Source: Chara braunii (Eukaryota > Plantae > Charophyceae). From it: a stretch of DNA of 64,000 nucleotides. A program made the position numbers and the translations under genes. The notes below the pieces were generated by a model. The model saw only the letters and a list, made by a program, of their open reading frames with translations, did no database searches and was not told where the DNA came from. Below, in pieces: positions 62,901-64,000 of the stretch. Position 1 is the stretch's first letter. Every line of letters begins with the position of its first letter. The stretch covers positions 3,161,292 through 3,225,291 of the forward strand of contig BFEA01000002.1 of assembly GCA_003427395.1 (NCBI GenBank), given 5' to 3'.

Positions 62901-64000
62901 GCCTTTCTTATCCTCTCCTTTGCCTACATCTTCATTCCACATTCCGTACTTTCCCTTACTACCCCTATTTCGTTCTTTGTTCATCTTCTCTTCATCTCTC
63001 TTCCCTGTGTTTATCACCTCCCCCTTCAACTCTGCCTCTTTCTCACAGCGTACAAGTGGGCCGGTATGGCACACGGGGATGAGGGCAGCTCGCACTCAAC
63101 GTCATCAATGTGGTGAGCCTTGTACGTGAGAGGCATGGTGAAGGGGGAGTTAAAAGAAGAATGCGAAAAATATATGGTTTCAGTGTGCCCTCATGCTGGT
63201 TTTGTCTTTCCCCCCCTTCTTTTCACCGTTTGTTTTGCAGATATGTGACAATATATAGAGGGAAGTACGTCCATATCACATCAGAGTTTCATAGGGGGCC
63301 AAACGTTGGCAAAGAAACCGGGCGCGAGTTTGAAAAGGGCAATGAGAGTACCACGGCCATGTTGTCAGGCCGGGTGTCATATTTTACAGGGGTCGGACGT
63401 GGTGTCAGATGGAAAAAAAAAGCCCAACAGATGCTTTTCGACTGAAATTGCCGTTTCAAAGTCGGCGCCTGACTTCTTTGCCGGCGCATGTTTTTTTTGC
63501 CTTTACGAACTCAAAACCTGCCACATCCGCTGTTGTTTCCAATATATATATATGATAAGACTGTTGCATGGTGTTTCCCTGTTATACGATACCCTAGTGC
63601 AACGTCAAACATTCCATCTCATCAGCCTGCAGGTGTGTTCACTGGCCAGCTTACGAGGTTTGAGCAGATTTGTGACAATTGGCATGATTTTAAAACGGCA
63701 GCAGCTTTGCTTGCCCGCCGTTTGCTTTCCCATGGCCATGTTCCATCAACACTGGCTCGAGGATGGACTTGTTATATTTGTGCTCGCCAGCGTCGACAGC
63801 CTACACATGTGACGAGACTTACACAATGGTTTCGTCGCATGCTTCGTTGGTCCATGCATCATCCTCTTCCACCCTCTCCTCCCCTTGCTACCCCTTCTCC
63901 CCCTCCCCCTCCTCCCCCTTCCTCTGTTCCATCTGCTCGTCCTTCTCCTCCCTCTCCCCCTTCCCCTCCTCCTTCCTCTCCCCCTTCCCCTCCTCCTTCC

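Overview
Repeat-dominated eukaryotic DNA with four N gaps. The composition and repeat style suggest a streptophyte alga such as Chara, which is an inference. There is one clearly intact host gene: an intronless DPH7/WDR85-like WD40 protein at 51265-52884. The rest is nested mobile DNA: two decayed L1/Tx1-clade LINEs, several MITE families (TA-, TTAA- and TAA/CAA-flanked), a tRNA-derived SINE family, satellites, and a ~15 kb unclassified LTR-like complex at 32.2-47.8 kb. The most striking signals are RNA-level. (1) Two homologous arrays of 9 and 10 stem-loops keep an invariant UAAGAY hexaloop while their stems covary, and the inner stem differs array-wide between the two copies. (2) A dispersed repeat carries a type III hammerhead ribozyme. 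(3) There are three U2 and three U6 snRNA-derived copies; two U2 copies share a derived insertion, and one is split by a 5.7 kb Harbinger-type element carrying a LINE. All calls come from reading the sequence by eye; no searches or folding programs were run.
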